Assembly: GCA_012719955.1 (NCBI GenBank)
Contig: JAAXZI010000161.1
Coordinates: 6,107 to 70,106, forward strand
Length of the DNA stretch: 64,000 bases
Origin: Phycisphaerae bacterium
GTDB lineage: Bacteria; Planctomycetota; Phycisphaerae; UBA1845; PWPN01
Reading direction: 5' to 3'
Shown here piece by piece: positions 50,583-60,478 of this stretch; positions within the stretch are counted from its first letter, which is position 1, and each line of letters starts with the position of its first letter. A program made the position numbers and the translations under genes. The notes beneath the pieces were generated by a model, which searched no databases, had not been told where the DNA came from, and saw nothing but the letters and a program-made list of their open reading frames with translations.

Positions 50583-51851
50583 TCATTGGCTCGCCATACT
50601 CACCACCAGCAGGGTGATGTCGTCCTTTCGCCACTTCTCGTCCGGCGTCCGGGTGGCCAGTTCACGAATCTCCTGGATCGCGGCGGCCGCTCCCGCTTCG
50701 ATCAGACGGCGGATCCAGGTGGAATCCTCGATGTTGCCGGCGCTGAAGGCCTCATCGTGCCGGAGCAGCAGCGCTTCCAGGCCGTCCGTGAAAAACAGCA
50801 GCGTGTCGCCCGGCGCGAACTGATGGCTCACTACCTCGAAGTCGGCACTCTCGAATGCTCCCATCAATCCGCCGTAGCTGGCCAGTCTGCGGGGCGCCTG
50901 GCCCGCACGAACCAGCACAGGGTAAGGCAAGCCGCCGCGGGCCCAGCGGATCTGGCCCGTGCTGTGGGTGAAAACCGCGTGCAGGCCGGTGATGAACTGG
51001 CCTCCGCTCAGACGAGCGTTGAACAGCTCGGCGTTCAGGCGGCGGAGGACCTCGTCAGGCTCGAGGATCCGGCTGGTTGTCCCGGTTACTTCCTTTCCGC
51101 GAAACGAGTTCTTCACGAAAGTGGTCAACAATGCCGCGGGCAGGCCATGACCGGTCGCGTCCGCGACAGAGAAAGAGCTGTGATCCTCGTCCAGCCGGCT
51201 CACGTCGTAGGTGTCGCCGCTGACGAAGTTCGCGGGCAGGTACAAGGTCTCGATGGTCAGCGGGCTGGTGTCCGGCAAGGTGCCGGGCAGCAGATCTCGT
51301 TGAATCTGGCCGGCCAGTCGAAGCTGTTCATCCAGGTGGAGAACGTCCTGGCCGCCTTCCGCATCCCGGCGACGGAGCCGGGCCAGCTCTTCGCTCATCC
51401 GCCGCATGGGGGAGCGAATCTCGCACAGGGCCTTGATACGCCCGGTCAGTTCATCCGCGTTGAGGGCCGATGTCTCTTCATTGCGGGTCATCAACCGGCG
51501 GAGCGGATCGGGAAGGACGCCGGGGTTGATGGTGGCGGAAGGGCCCTGCGGGCACGGCGCGGGCCATGCGCTTTCTTCAGCGCCTTCGCCGACGAGTTCG
51601 TCCGTCGATTCGAGTACCAGGGTCGCACAGGCGCGCTCGGTGGCGTTGGCCAGGATCCGGTCGAGCACATCCGGACTGCTTTGCTTCCGGGGCAGAATCA
51701 CGCAGATATCGGCCGTAGGCGAGATACCGTCAGCCAGGGCCTTGTCCAGCGACCGCAGCGACACGCGGGCCTTGACCCGGTTGAGAGCGGTTCTGAGGGC
51801 TCCGGGAACTTGGTTCTGATCGAGGATGACCTGAACGTGCGGGATATCCAC
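50583..51851 (-). CDS. PP2C/SpoIIE (RsbU-like) protein phosphatase
   Basis: QIQRDLLP, VSGDTYD, ADATGHGLPAAL, FTDGL and DDITLL motifs; GGAG before GTG 51851. Confidence 0.92.
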   Translation of the reverse strand: MDIPHVQVILDQNQVPGALRTALNRVKARVSLRSLDKALADGISPTADICVILPRKQSSPDVLDRILANATERACATLVLESTDELVGEGAEESAWPAPCPQGPSATINPGVLPDPLRRLMTRNEETSALNADELTGRIKALCEIRSPMRRMSEELARLRRRDAEGGQDVLHLDEQLRLAGQIQRDLLPGTLPDTSPLTIETLYLPANFVSGDTYDVSRLDEDHSSFSVADATGHGLPAALLTTFVKNSFRGKEVTGTTSRILEPDEVLRRLNAELFNARLSGGQFITGLHAVFTHSTGQIRWARGGLPYPVLVRAGQAPRRLASYGGLMGAFESADFEVVSHQFAPGDTLLFFTDGLEALLLRHDEAFSAGNIEDSTWIRRLIEAGAAAAIQEIRELATRTPDEKWRKDDITLLVVSMASQ

Positions 51852-52089
51852 GACTTGGCTCCGGCGCTGACGGCAGCGGGCGTGCCGGTGATGTCGCCAT
51901 CCTGGTCCGACTACCAACTGCCTCTACAGGCTTTTTTTCGGACGCGTGTTTATCGCTCTTAATATCATTTTGTGGAATTAGGTAAGCTTCGCGCTGCCTG
52001 CTGGTTGCATTCTGGGGTGTGTGCCCCATGCCGAGGCCGTACTTATTGATTGCCGAAGAGGATGAACGCTGCTATCGTATCGCTTTGCA

Positions 52090-52290
52090 CTTGGAGTTGT
52101 TGCCGTGCGTTCAGCCGGCTTGCCGGCGGAACCGCGCGGGAACCGGGAAGTTGGCCCCATGAGCTGATCACGAGGTCAGCGCTGGGTGAGGCGTTCATGC
52201 CGTTAGGCCCGCGTCAATCACGGTCCAGCACTGCTTGGCAGCAACGGCACACAACCTTGCGGAAGCGACACTGAGAGACGCCTTTCGACG
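52090..52290 (+). ncRNA. Candidate structured leader (possible yybP-ykoY Mn2+ riboswitch) upstream of mntP
   Basis: Long-range stem gttgttgccgtgc / gcaacggcacacaac; loop-like cgtcaatcacg; gagagac downstream; context fits but the consensus match is loose. Confidence 0.35.
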
Positions 52291-52302
52291 CGACAGCAGG
52301 CA

Positions 52303-52860
52303 ATGAGCTGGATTCAAGTCATAGCAATTGCTCTCGGGCTTTCGATGGATGCCTTTGCCGTTTCGATCGCTACGGGGATGAGTCTGCCGGTGTTGACGTA
52401 TCGGCACGTGTTTCGGCTGGCTTTTCACTTCGGATTATTTCAGTCGTTGATGCCGGTGCTGGGATGGATGGCCGGTAAGAGTCTGGCGGATTGGATCGGC
52501 GCGTACGATCACTGGATCGCCTTCTGTCTGCTGGCCTTTATCGGCGGTCGGATGCTCTGGGAGGCCTGTACGGGGGGCGAAGAGAAAAGCGTCCAGGATC
52601 CTACGCGCGGGTGGCTGCTGGTAACGCTGTCCATTGCCACCAGTCTGGACGCGCTGGCGGTGGGATTGACGATGGCGTTTCTGAAGGTGCTGGTCTGGGG
52701 GCCGAGCCTGGTGATCGGATTGATCACCGCCTCACTGGTGACCATCGGCATCCGCTCCGGCCATCGTCTGGGGGGACGGTGCGGCAAATGGGCCCAGATC
52801 ACCGGCGGCCTGGTTCTGGTGGCCATCGGCGTGCGGATTGTCATCTCCCATACCGTGTGA
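52303..52860 (+). CDS. mntP: Manganese efflux pump MntP
   Basis: IALGLSMDAFAVSI, FGLFQSLMP, DHWIAF and ATSLDALAVG motifs. Confidence 0.94.
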   Translation: MSWIQVIAIALGLSMDAFAVSIATGMSLPVLTYRHVFRLAFHFGLFQSLMPVLGWMAGKSLADWIGAYDHWIAFCLLAFIGGRMLWEACTGGEEKSVQDPTRGWLLVTLSIATSLDALAVGLTMAFLKVLVWGPSLVIGLITASLVTIGIRSGHRLGGRCGKWAQITGGLVLVAIGVRIVISHTV

Positions 52861-52944
52861 AGCTTCTGACCGGCACACCTGGCTTCGAGCCAGACACCCT
52901 TGCGCAAATTGACCGGAGGGCCGCAGCGACTTCTGGCCGCCCGA

Positions 52945-54135
52945 TCACGTCTCTCTCAAGGCCGTCGCCACCGGCAGGCGCGCTGCCCGGATGGCGGGGA
53001 ACAATCCTCCGATCAACCCGATGACCGCAGCCCACAGGATGGCGTTGGCCAGCAGACGCGGGCTGACCCGGAAGGCAAAGGCCACTTGGCTGAACGTCTG
53101 CCAGTTGATGGTGGCCGCCTGGAAGCCGTTGAAGGCGAAGTAGGCCGCGGTGGCGCCCACCGCGCCGCCGACCAGGGCCAGAACCAGCGATTCGAACAGC
53201 ACGGAACAGATAATCGGGCTGGCGCCGAAACCCAGGGCCCGCAGGGTGGCGATCTCACGGGTTCGTGCCGCCACCGCGCTGTACATGGTGTTGAGCGCGC
53301 CGAACAGGGCCCCCAGGGCCATCAGGCCCGCGATTGCGAAGCCGAAGGTTTCGATGAAGGTGGTCAGCATGCTGGACTGATCCGCCAGCAGATCAGCCTG
53401 ACGGACGGCTTTGACCTTGAGCTGCGGATTGGCGGTCAGCGCGTCTTTGAACTCTTTGAACTTCTCCGGCGAGGCCAGCTTGACGAAGACGGACTGGAAC
53501 GAATCGCCGCGGTGATAGGCCGGCTGGAGAACGGCGGCATCCGTCCAGATCTCCGATTCCGCCGCGCCCCCGCCCCCCGAAAAGATGCCCACCACGGCCC
53601 AGTCGCTCTGCCCCACGCGGATCGTCCCGCCCACGTCCAGCCCGGCAAAGGCCCTGGCCGTGCCGGCCCCGACGATGACCTCGTTTCGCCCGGGCTCGAA
53701 CATCCTGCCCTGCGAGATAGTGATGTCGCCTCGTACCGCCCGGGCCGCCTGCTGCACGCCGCGCAGCGGCACGTGCGCGTCCGTGCCCGTCGAGCGTTTG
53801 GGCAGGTTGATGATCACGAACAGCTCGGCGGAAGCCAGCGGCCCGGCGGCGCTCCAGGCGATGCCCGGCGCGTTCGTGACCAGGCGGGCCTCCTCGCGCG
53901 AGAGGATGCTGGTCATCTCGTTGTCCGCATTGCTGCGCAGGACAATGACGATGTCGTCCGCCCCGGTCGCGGTCATTGCCGCGCGGAAACCTTCGGCGAT
54001 GGACAACACGCCGACCAGCACCGCCACGACCCCCGCAATGCCGACAGCCGCCGCGACGGCCGCTCCCTTGCGCTCGGGGATCGTGCGCAGATTGAAGAGC
54101 GTCAGTGAGAAGATCTGCACCAGCCAGTTGATCAC
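52945..54135 (-). CDS. ABC transporter permease (FtsX/MacB-type)
   Basis: NTMYSAVAARTREIATLRALGF and GGLFPAIRAARLPVATALR motifs. Confidence 0.92.
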   Translation of the reverse strand: MINWLVQIFSLTLFNLRTIPERKGAAVAAAVGIAGVVAVLVGVLSIAEGFRAAMTATGADDIVIVLRSNADNEMTSILSREEARLVTNAPGIAWSAAGPLASAELFVIINLPKRSTGTDAHVPLRGVQQAARAVRGDITISQGRMFEPGRNEVIVGAGTARAFAGLDVGGTIRVGQSDWAVVGIFSGGGGAAESEIWTDAAVLQPAYHRGDSFQSVFVKLASPEKFKEFKDALTANPQLKVKAVRQADLLADQSSMLTTFIETFGFAIAGLMALGALFGALNTMYSAVAARTREIATLRALGFGASPIICSVLFESLVLALVGGAVGATAAYFAFNGFQAATINWQTFSQVAFAFRVSPRLLANAILWAAVIGLIGGLFPAIRAARLPVATALRET

Positions 54136-55289
54136 GCGTTTCTCCTCAAGGCCACGGCTACCGGGAGCCGCATGGCCTGTATTGCCGGCACGATGCCCGT
54201 TACCACACCGAGGACCACGACCAGCCCCACGCCCAGTAGCAGGTCCTCATTGGGCAGATAAAACACCGGCAGCATGGTGGGCACGGGGCTTCCGCGGACG
54301 GTCACCAGCCAGGCCGCGCCCAGGCCGGTCAGGCCGCCGAGCGCCGCCAGCAGGCACGACTCCGCCAGCACCAGGGCCAGCACGAGCCCATCAGAAAAAC
54401 CTACCGCCTTGAGCACGCCCAACTCGCCGGTCCGTTCGCGCACGGCCTGGGCCATGGTGTTGCCGGCCACCAGCAGAATGGTGAAGAACACCGCGCTGAG
54501 AATGGCGATCAGGATGGTTCCGATATTGCCCACCTGCTGAATGAAGCCCTGGGCGAATGCGCCTTCCGGCTCGGTCTTGGTCTCATAGGGCGAGTTGGCG
54601 AACTCGGCGTCAATCGCCCTGGCCACTTCGTCGGCCCGCTCGGGATTCTCGACCTGGACATAGTACCAGCCGACCTCCCCCTGGCCGTAGGCCCGGGCCT
54701 CGTCGAAGTAGTCGTATCGAAAGAAGAACCCCGAGGTGTCGGTGCTCTTCTTGCCGGCGTCGTAGATGCCGACGATGTCGAACTCCCAGGCCCCCTCCTC
54801 TTTACGCGGCCAGATCGGCGAGGTCAGCGGCACGCGGTCGCCGATCTTCCACCCGAACCGTTCCGCCAGTTGCCGCCCGATCACCGCGCCCGTGCGCGTC
54901 TGGAGCCATGCCTGCTTCTGATCCGCCGGCAGCACGTACTCCGGGTACATCTCCAGAAACGGCTCCGGCTCCACCGGGATACTGGGGAAGAAGTTCTTGG
55001 GTTCGTTCTGGTAGATACCGTTGAACCAGGTGCTATGGGTGGCCGAGACCACGCCGGGAATCCGCTCCATACGTGGTCCGTAAGTCATCGGAAGGGACAC
55101 CAGGAGCGACACCTTGTGCCGCACGATCAGCCGGTCGGCGCCGGCCATGGTCACGCCGGCCGTAAAGGCGTTTTCGATCGTGCACAGCAGCCCGAACAGC
55201 AGGAAGGCTACGAAGATCGACAACAGCGTCAGCGACGTACGCAGCTTTCTGCGCTTGAGGTTACTCCAGACCAGAAAGAGCAGCTTCAT
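54132..55289 (-). CDS. ABC transporter permease (FtsX/MacB-type)
   Basis: NLKRRKLRTSLT and NTMAQAVRERTGELGVLKAVGF motifs. Confidence 0.92.
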   Translation of the reverse strand: MKLLFLVWSNLKRRKLRTSLTLLSIFVAFLLFGLLCTIENAFTAGVTMAGADRLIVRHKVSLLVSLPMTYGPRMERIPGVVSATHSTWFNGIYQNEPKNFFPSIPVEPEPFLEMYPEYVLPADQKQAWLQTRTGAVIGRQLAERFGWKIGDRVPLTSPIWPRKEEGAWEFDIVGIYDAGKKSTDTSGFFFRYDYFDEARAYGQGEVGWYYVQVENPERADEVARAIDAEFANSPYETKTEPEGAFAQGFIQQVGNIGTILIAILSAVFFTILLVAGNTMAQAVRERTGELGVLKAVGFSDGLVLALVLAESCLLAALGGLTGLGAAWLVTVRGSPVPTMLPVFYLPNEDLLLGVGLVVVLGVVTGIVPAIQAMRLPVAVALRRNA

Positions 55290-55984
55290 GCCGGCGCCTC
55301 CATGGAAAGCTGCCCCTTGTCCAGGTGCACGGTGCGCGTGGCCCGCGCCGAGGCGTGCGGGTCGTGCGTGACCATGATGATGGTCTTGCCGTGTTCGCGG
55401 TTGAGGGCCTGCAGGAGGCTGAGGATCTCATCGCCCGACTTGCGGTCCAAGTCGCCGGTGGGTTCGTCAGCCAGGATCATAGTCGGGTCTGTGACGATGG
55501 CCCGGGCGATGCCCACGCGCTGCTGCTCGCCGCCCGAGAGCGTGTGCGGGTAGTGCCGGGCGCGGTGCGACAGGCCGACCACCTCCAGGGCGGTGTGCAC
55601 GTGCCGGCGGCGCTGGGCCTTGGTCAGGTGCGTCAGCAGCAACGGCAGCTCCACATTTCGCTCGGCCGTCAACACCGGCAGCAGGTTGTAAAACTGAAAC
55701 ACGAACCCCACGTGCCGTGCCCGCCACTCGGCCAGTTGCCGGCCGGACATCTGGTCGATGCGCTCGCCGCTCACTTCCAGCGAGCCGCTCGTCGGCCGGT
55801 CCAGCCCGCCGATCAGGTTGAGTAGCGTGGTCTTGCCGGAGCCTGAGGGCCCCATCAGGGCCAGGAATTCGCCCTCGGCCACTTCGAGGTTCAGCCCGGA
55901 GAGCACGTGAATTTCTTCGGAGCCCCGGCGGAAGGTTTTTTCGACGTCCTTGACCTTTACCAGGATCCCATTCTGGCCACTCAT
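55286..55984 (-). CDS. ABC transporter ATP-binding protein (LolD/MacB-type)
   Basis: GPSGSGKTT, LSGGEQQRV, ILADEPTG and VTHD motifs. Confidence 0.95.
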   Translation of the reverse strand: MSGQNGILVKVKDVEKTFRRGSEEIHVLSGLNLEVAEGEFLALMGPSGSGKTTLLNLIGGLDRPTSGSLEVSGERIDQMSGRQLAEWRARHVGFVFQFYNLLPVLTAERNVELPLLLTHLTKAQRRRHVHTALEVVGLSHRARHYPHTLSGGEQQRVGIARAIVTDPTMILADEPTGDLDRKSGDEILSLLQALNREHGKTIIMVTHDPHASARATRTVHLDKGQLSMEAPA

Positions 55985-57234
55985 CTCTTTGCCTCCGTTA
56001 CCGCGGCCCCGTCCGTCAGATCGTCCGGCCCTTCCACCACCACGCGCTCGCCGTCGCTGACGCCGGCCTCAATGGCGATGCGGTCGCCTTGTTCGGTCCC
56101 GACCTTCACTGCCCGCCGTTCGACTTTCCCGTCGCGGACGATCCACACGATGTCCCGTCCGTCGACATGGCGGACGGCCGCTTTGGGCACGGTCAGACTG
56201 GGGCGGGTGGCCGTCGTCCCGTCCGCGCTCCCGGAGCCGGTGGGAGCGTCCCTGCGCGCGGCTTCAGGACTTTGAAACGCCACCTTCACGCTCATGTCCG
56301 GCAGGATGCGCGGGTCGAGCTTCTCGAACCCTACGCGCACCTTCACCGTGGCCTTTTGCCGGTCGGCCGTGGGAATAATCGCGATCACCTTCGCGGGAAT
56401 GGGCCAGTTGGGATACGAGTCCAGCGTAGCCTCCACCGGCTGGCCTGGTTGAACGCGATTGATGTAGCTCTCGCTCACGTCCACCTCGATCTCCAGCGAG
56501 CTCATGTCCACGATGGTGCAGATACCCGTCCGGGTGAAGCCGCCCACCGACAGGGGCGAGATCATCTCGCCCGGCTGGGCGTTCTTGGCGGTCACCACGC
56601 CGGCAAACGGCGCGCGAATGACCGTATCTTCAAGCTGCTGCTGCCACACGGCCACTTCGCGTTCATAGACCGCGATCTCGGCCAGTTGCCGTTCCAGCCG
56701 GGCCCGCAGCGCCCTTGCTTCCGTCTCGGCCCGGTCGGTTTCGACCTGGCTGGCGGCCTGCTCAGAGAGCAGGCGTGAGAGCCGCCGCACCTCGCGCTCG
56801 GCATGTTCGAGGTTGGCCCGGGTCTCTCCCAGGGCTTTGCGGGACGATTCGAGTTGCGCCTCTGCCAGCCGGAGGCTCCGTTCCACGTTGGACGAATCGA
56901 TCCGCGCGAGCACCTGGCCGGCCTCGACCCTCATGCCCTCTTCGACGAGGACTTCGATCACCTTGCCGGTCACCTTGGAGGAGACGGTCGCTTCGCGCCG
57001 GGCGGTCACGTAGCCGGAAGCATTCAGGAGCGTCCGCTCCACGCCCGGGGCCGAGGCCTGAACCACGGCCGTGCGCACGACGGCCGCCTTCGGCCGGCCC
57101 AGCCACCAGGCCACGCCGCCCGCCGCCGCGCCGGCCACCAGCACGGCCACAACCAGCACGGCCGGCCACCGGCTCCGCGACGCATGGGTGCGGTCAATGC
57201 GCAGAGCGTCGAGTGTCTTCTTGTCCGGACTCAT
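55981..57234 (-). CDS. Efflux membrane fusion protein (MacA-like adaptor)
   Basis: N-terminal TM, ASGYV, VEEGMRVEAGQVLARID, IRAPFAGVV and LPDMSVKV; start at MSPDKK (57234). Confidence 0.92.
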   Translation of the reverse strand: MSPDKKTLDALRIDRTHASRSRWPAVLVVAVLVAGAAAGGVAWWLGRPKAAVVRTAVVQASAPGVERTLLNASGYVTARREATVSSKVTGKVIEVLVEEGMRVEAGQVLARIDSSNVERSLRLAEAQLESSRKALGETRANLEHAEREVRRLSRLLSEQAASQVETDRAETEARALRARLERQLAEIAVYEREVAVWQQQLEDTVIRAPFAGVVTAKNAQPGEMISPLSVGGFTRTGICTIVDMSSLEIEVDVSESYINRVQPGQPVEATLDSYPNWPIPAKVIAIIPTADRQKATVKVRVGFEKLDPRILPDMSVKVAFQSPEAARRDAPTGSGSADGTTATRPSLTVPKAAVRHVDGRDIVWIVRDGKVERRAVKVGTEQGDRIAIEAGVSDGERVVVEGPDDLTDGAAVTEAKR

Positions 57235-57400
57235 CCGTCGGAGTGCTCCCAGGCTGCCGGCTTCGTGCGACCCGGTTGATTTCAAGGCATCGGGGTATCC
57301 GCCGGCCGCGGCACTATACCCCACGAGTAGGATAGGGGTAAAGAGTCGCCGGCTCATGGAGTCTGCAGAGCCAGGGGGGGCGGTGGGCTGAAGCCTGTCT

Positions 57401-57538
57401 TACACGGTTTCCGTTGTGAACTTGGGTAGGTTCCTGCTTGGTTGTGGGTCGCCCCGTGGCTGATCGCTTGAATCTTCGCGCTCCACCTCTGAAGAGGCGG
57501 GGCGCCCAACGCACAAGGTTCATTCCAAATCCGTATCA
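57401..57538 (+). mobile_element. Family A MITE-like copy 3
   Basis: tacacggtttccgttg...tgatcgcttgaatcttcgcgctccacctctgaagaggcggggcgcccaacgcac...aatccgtatca. Confidence 0.75.
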
Positions 57539-57605
57539 GTCGTGTCTGGGGCGGGCGTTCCACCTGTGCCCGTGCCGACGAGATGGCGTCACCCGGTACA
57601 GGCGC

Positions 57606-58400
57606 TTACCGATCGAACCACCGCCGAAGGGAGTAGATCGTCAACTGCCGGTTCGCCCGGGCGATGGCGTCGGTCAGCGGCACGCCCTTCGGGCAGACCT
57701 TCACGCAGTTCTGAGCGTTGCCGCACCCGGCCACTCCGCCGGTGTCCCGCAGGGCCTCCAGGCGTTCCTCGGCGAGATTCTGGCCGATGCCGTGCTTCTG
57801 GTAGAGCATGGCCTGCCCGATGGCGGCCGGACCGATGAAGGCGTTATGTTCGTTGACCTGGGGACAGGCCTCCACGCAGCACCCGCAGGTCATGCACCGC
57901 TGCAACGGGTAGCCCTGTTCCTGGACCTTCTGGGACATCAGCGGCGGGGGAGTGTCGTCTACGCTGTTGTCCACCGGCACCCATGCCCGGACGCGCTTGA
58001 GGTGCTCGAACATCCGTGAGCGGTCCACGAAGAGGTCGCGGACCACGGGAAACTTGGTCATCGGTTCCAGGGTGATGACGTCGTCCGGGGTGGACAGCAG
58101 ATCATCCACCAGGGCGCTGCAGGCCTGACGGACCCGGCCATTGATGAGCATGGTGCATGAGCCGCACACCTCTTCCAGGCAGTTGGCGTCATAGGCCACC
58201 GGGGCGGCCTGCTGGCCCTGGGCCGTCCGGCCATGGGCGGCGATCAACTGTAGACAGGTGGTGATGTTCATCTGCGGTTCGTAAGGAACCTCGAACTCCT
58301 GCCAGTAAGAGGGGCTTCCGGGGGTATCCTGGCGCTTCACACGGAGCTTGACGGTTCGTTCGTGGGCCATGACCGTTTCGTCCTTGTTACGTCCTCGCAT
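57606..58400 (-). CDS. sdhB: Succinate dehydrogenase iron-sulfur subunit
   Basis: CLEEVCGSC..RQAC, CMTCGCCVEACP and CGNAQNCVKVCP; start 58400 or 58370. Confidence 0.95.
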   Translation of the reverse strand: MRGRNKDETVMAHERTVKLRVKRQDTPGSPSYWQEFEVPYEPQMNITTCLQLIAAHGRTAQGQQAAPVAYDANCLEEVCGSCTMLINGRVRQACSALVDDLLSTPDDVITLEPMTKFPVVRDLFVDRSRMFEHLKRVRAWVPVDNSVDDTPPPLMSQKVQEQGYPLQRCMTCGCCVEACPQVNEHNAFIGPAAIGQAMLYQKHGIGQNLAEERLEALRDTGGVAGCGNAQNCVKVCPKGVPLTDAIARANRQLTIYSLRRWFDR

Positions 58401-58468
58401 CGGTGCCCGGCGATCGTTGGTTCACTCCTGGATCGGCAGCGCACCCGTTGGTGTCTGATGTCTTCCAC

Positions 58469-60451
58469 CTACGCGCCGGCGGGCTGGGCCTGTTGGGCTG
58501 CCTTTTCGTCCGCGCTCTGCGTGTCCCGCCAGACCTGCTCGATGATCTCCGCACCGACCAGCCCGTAGGTTCGCGGCCGGGGTGGAATCAGCGAGGTGTC
58601 CACCTGCTCGTAGGAGATTTTAGGTCCGTCGGGCGTATATTCCGCGATGGTCGTCTTGAGCCATTCCTGCGTCTGCTTGCGGAATGCCTGCACCCAGCGG
58701 ACCGCTTCCGTGCGGACGGTCTCCGGATCGCCGCCCTTGGGAGCGGGGATCGCGTAGTCGGGCTTGTAGTGGGCCCCGCGGCACTCATTGCGCAGCAGGG
58801 CGCCCCGGGCGATCACCCGGGCCATAATCAGCATGTCGCCCAGGGCCCGGGTGAAGCTCAAGTTCTGGTTGGTCCAGTTGGAGGTGTCCGCGATGGCGAC
58901 CCTCTTGTACCGTTCCGCCAGCTCGTCGATTTTGGCCAGCGTCTCCTCGATGCCCTGGTTGTAGCGGACCACGGTGACGTTCTTGGTCATGGTCTGGCCC
59001 AGCTCGCGATGCAGCAGGTAGGGGTTCTGATCGCCCTTGGAGTTGATCAGTTGCTCATACTGTTCCTTGTGCCGGGCCGCCTCACCCTCGAAGAGCGAGG
59101 ACGGCTGGGCGGCCGCGGACCCGGCGGGCAGCGCATTGAGCCAGCTATCGATGGCCGGCCCGACGATCAGCCCCGCGAAGATGCAACTCAGCAGCGAATT
59201 GGCGCCCAGCCGGTTGGCCCCGTGATACTGGTAGTCGGCCTCGCCGATCACGTACAGGCCGGGGATGTTGGTCATCTGGTTGCGTGGCGAATCGAGGACC
59301 AGCCCGCCGGTGTGCGGATCTTTCTCGAAGTCGCACCATAGGCCGCCCATGGAGTAATGCACCGCGGGGAAGATCTTCATGGGCATCACCCGGGGGTCGA
59401 GCCCGCGGAACTTTTCATAGATTTCGAGGATGCCCTCGAGCTTGTGCTGCGTGGTGGACGGCAGTTCGGTGACGTCGAGGTAGACGCAGTATTCGTTGGG
59501 ATCGACGGAGAGGCCCTCGTTCACGCAGACGTTGAAGATCTCGCGGGTGGCGATGTCGCGGGGCACGAGGTTGCCGTACTTGGGATAGCGCTCTTCGAGG
59601 AAATACCAGCGCTCCTCCATGGGGATCTGTCGCGGGTCGCGATCATCGCCCTTCCGCCGGGGGACCCAGACCCGACCGCCCTCGCCGCGGGCCGACTCGC
59701 TCATGAGGCGATGCTTGTCGGAACCGGGGATGGCAGTGGGATGAACCTGGATGAATTCGCCGTTGGCGTACTTGACGCCGGCCTTGAAGGCTCGGGCCGC
59801 GGCCCCGCCGGTACAGATCATCGACATGGTGGACTTGCCGAAGATCATCCCGCAGCCGCCGGTGGCCAGCACGACGGCGTCGCCGGGAAAGGCCCGGATT
59901 TCCATGGAGAACATGTCCTGGGCCACCGCTCCGCGGCAGATGCCCTTGCCGTCCACGATGGGGCCGAGGAACTCCCAAAACTCGTATTTCTTGACCTTGC
60001 CCTCGACCTCCCAGCGGCGAACCTGCTCGTCCAGCGCGTAGAGGAGCTGCTGGCCGGTGGTGGCTCCGGCGAAGGCGGTTCGTTTATACAGCGTGCCGCC
60101 GAAGCGGCGCTGGTCGCGCTTGCCCTCGGGGGTGCGATTGAACATGACGCCCAGGCGGTCCATCATGTCCACGATCCGCGGACCCCACTCGCACATCTCC
60201 TTGACCGGCGGCTGATTCTGCAGGAAGTCGCCGCCGTACACCGAGTCGTCGAAGTGCTTCCATTCGCTGTCGCCCTGCAGGCGGGTGAGCGAGTTCACCG
60301 CGTTGATGCCACCCTGGGCGCAGACGCTGTGGGAGCGTTTGACGGGAACCATGCTGATGAGATCGACGTGCCGGCCCAGCTCGGCCAGACGCATGGTGGC
60401 GGCCAGTCCCGCGAGCCCGCCGCCGACTACGATTACACGCTGCTGTGCCAT
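58469..60451 (-). CDS. sdhA: Succinate dehydrogenase flavoprotein subunit
   Basis: GGGLAG, RSHSVCAQGG, QVHPT, SESARGEGG, HYSMGG and HGANRLGANSL motifs. Confidence 0.97.
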   Translation of the reverse strand: MAQQRVIVVGGGLAGLAATMRLAELGRHVDLISMVPVKRSHSVCAQGGINAVNSLTRLQGDSEWKHFDDSVYGGDFLQNQPPVKEMCEWGPRIVDMMDRLGVMFNRTPEGKRDQRRFGGTLYKRTAFAGATTGQQLLYALDEQVRRWEVEGKVKKYEFWEFLGPIVDGKGICRGAVAQDMFSMEIRAFPGDAVVLATGGCGMIFGKSTMSMICTGGAAARAFKAGVKYANGEFIQVHPTAIPGSDKHRLMSESARGEGGRVWVPRRKGDDRDPRQIPMEERWYFLEERYPKYGNLVPRDIATREIFNVCVNEGLSVDPNEYCVYLDVTELPSTTQHKLEGILEIYEKFRGLDPRVMPMKIFPAVHYSMGGLWCDFEKDPHTGGLVLDSPRNQMTNIPGLYVIGEADYQYHGANRLGANSLLSCIFAGLIVGPAIDSWLNALPAGSAAAQPSSLFEGEAARHKEQYEQLINSKGDQNPYLLHRELGQTMTKNVTVVRYNQGIEETLAKIDELAERYKRVAIADTSNWTNQNLSFTRALGDMLIMARVIARGALLRNECRGAHYKPDYAIPAPKGGDPETVRTEAVRWVQAFRKQTQEWLKTTIAEYTPDGPKISYEQVDTSLIPPRPRTYGLVGAEIIEQVWRDTQSADEKAAQQAQPAGA

Positions 60452-60478
60452 GATGGATTCGCTCTCTGTTTACAGGTG

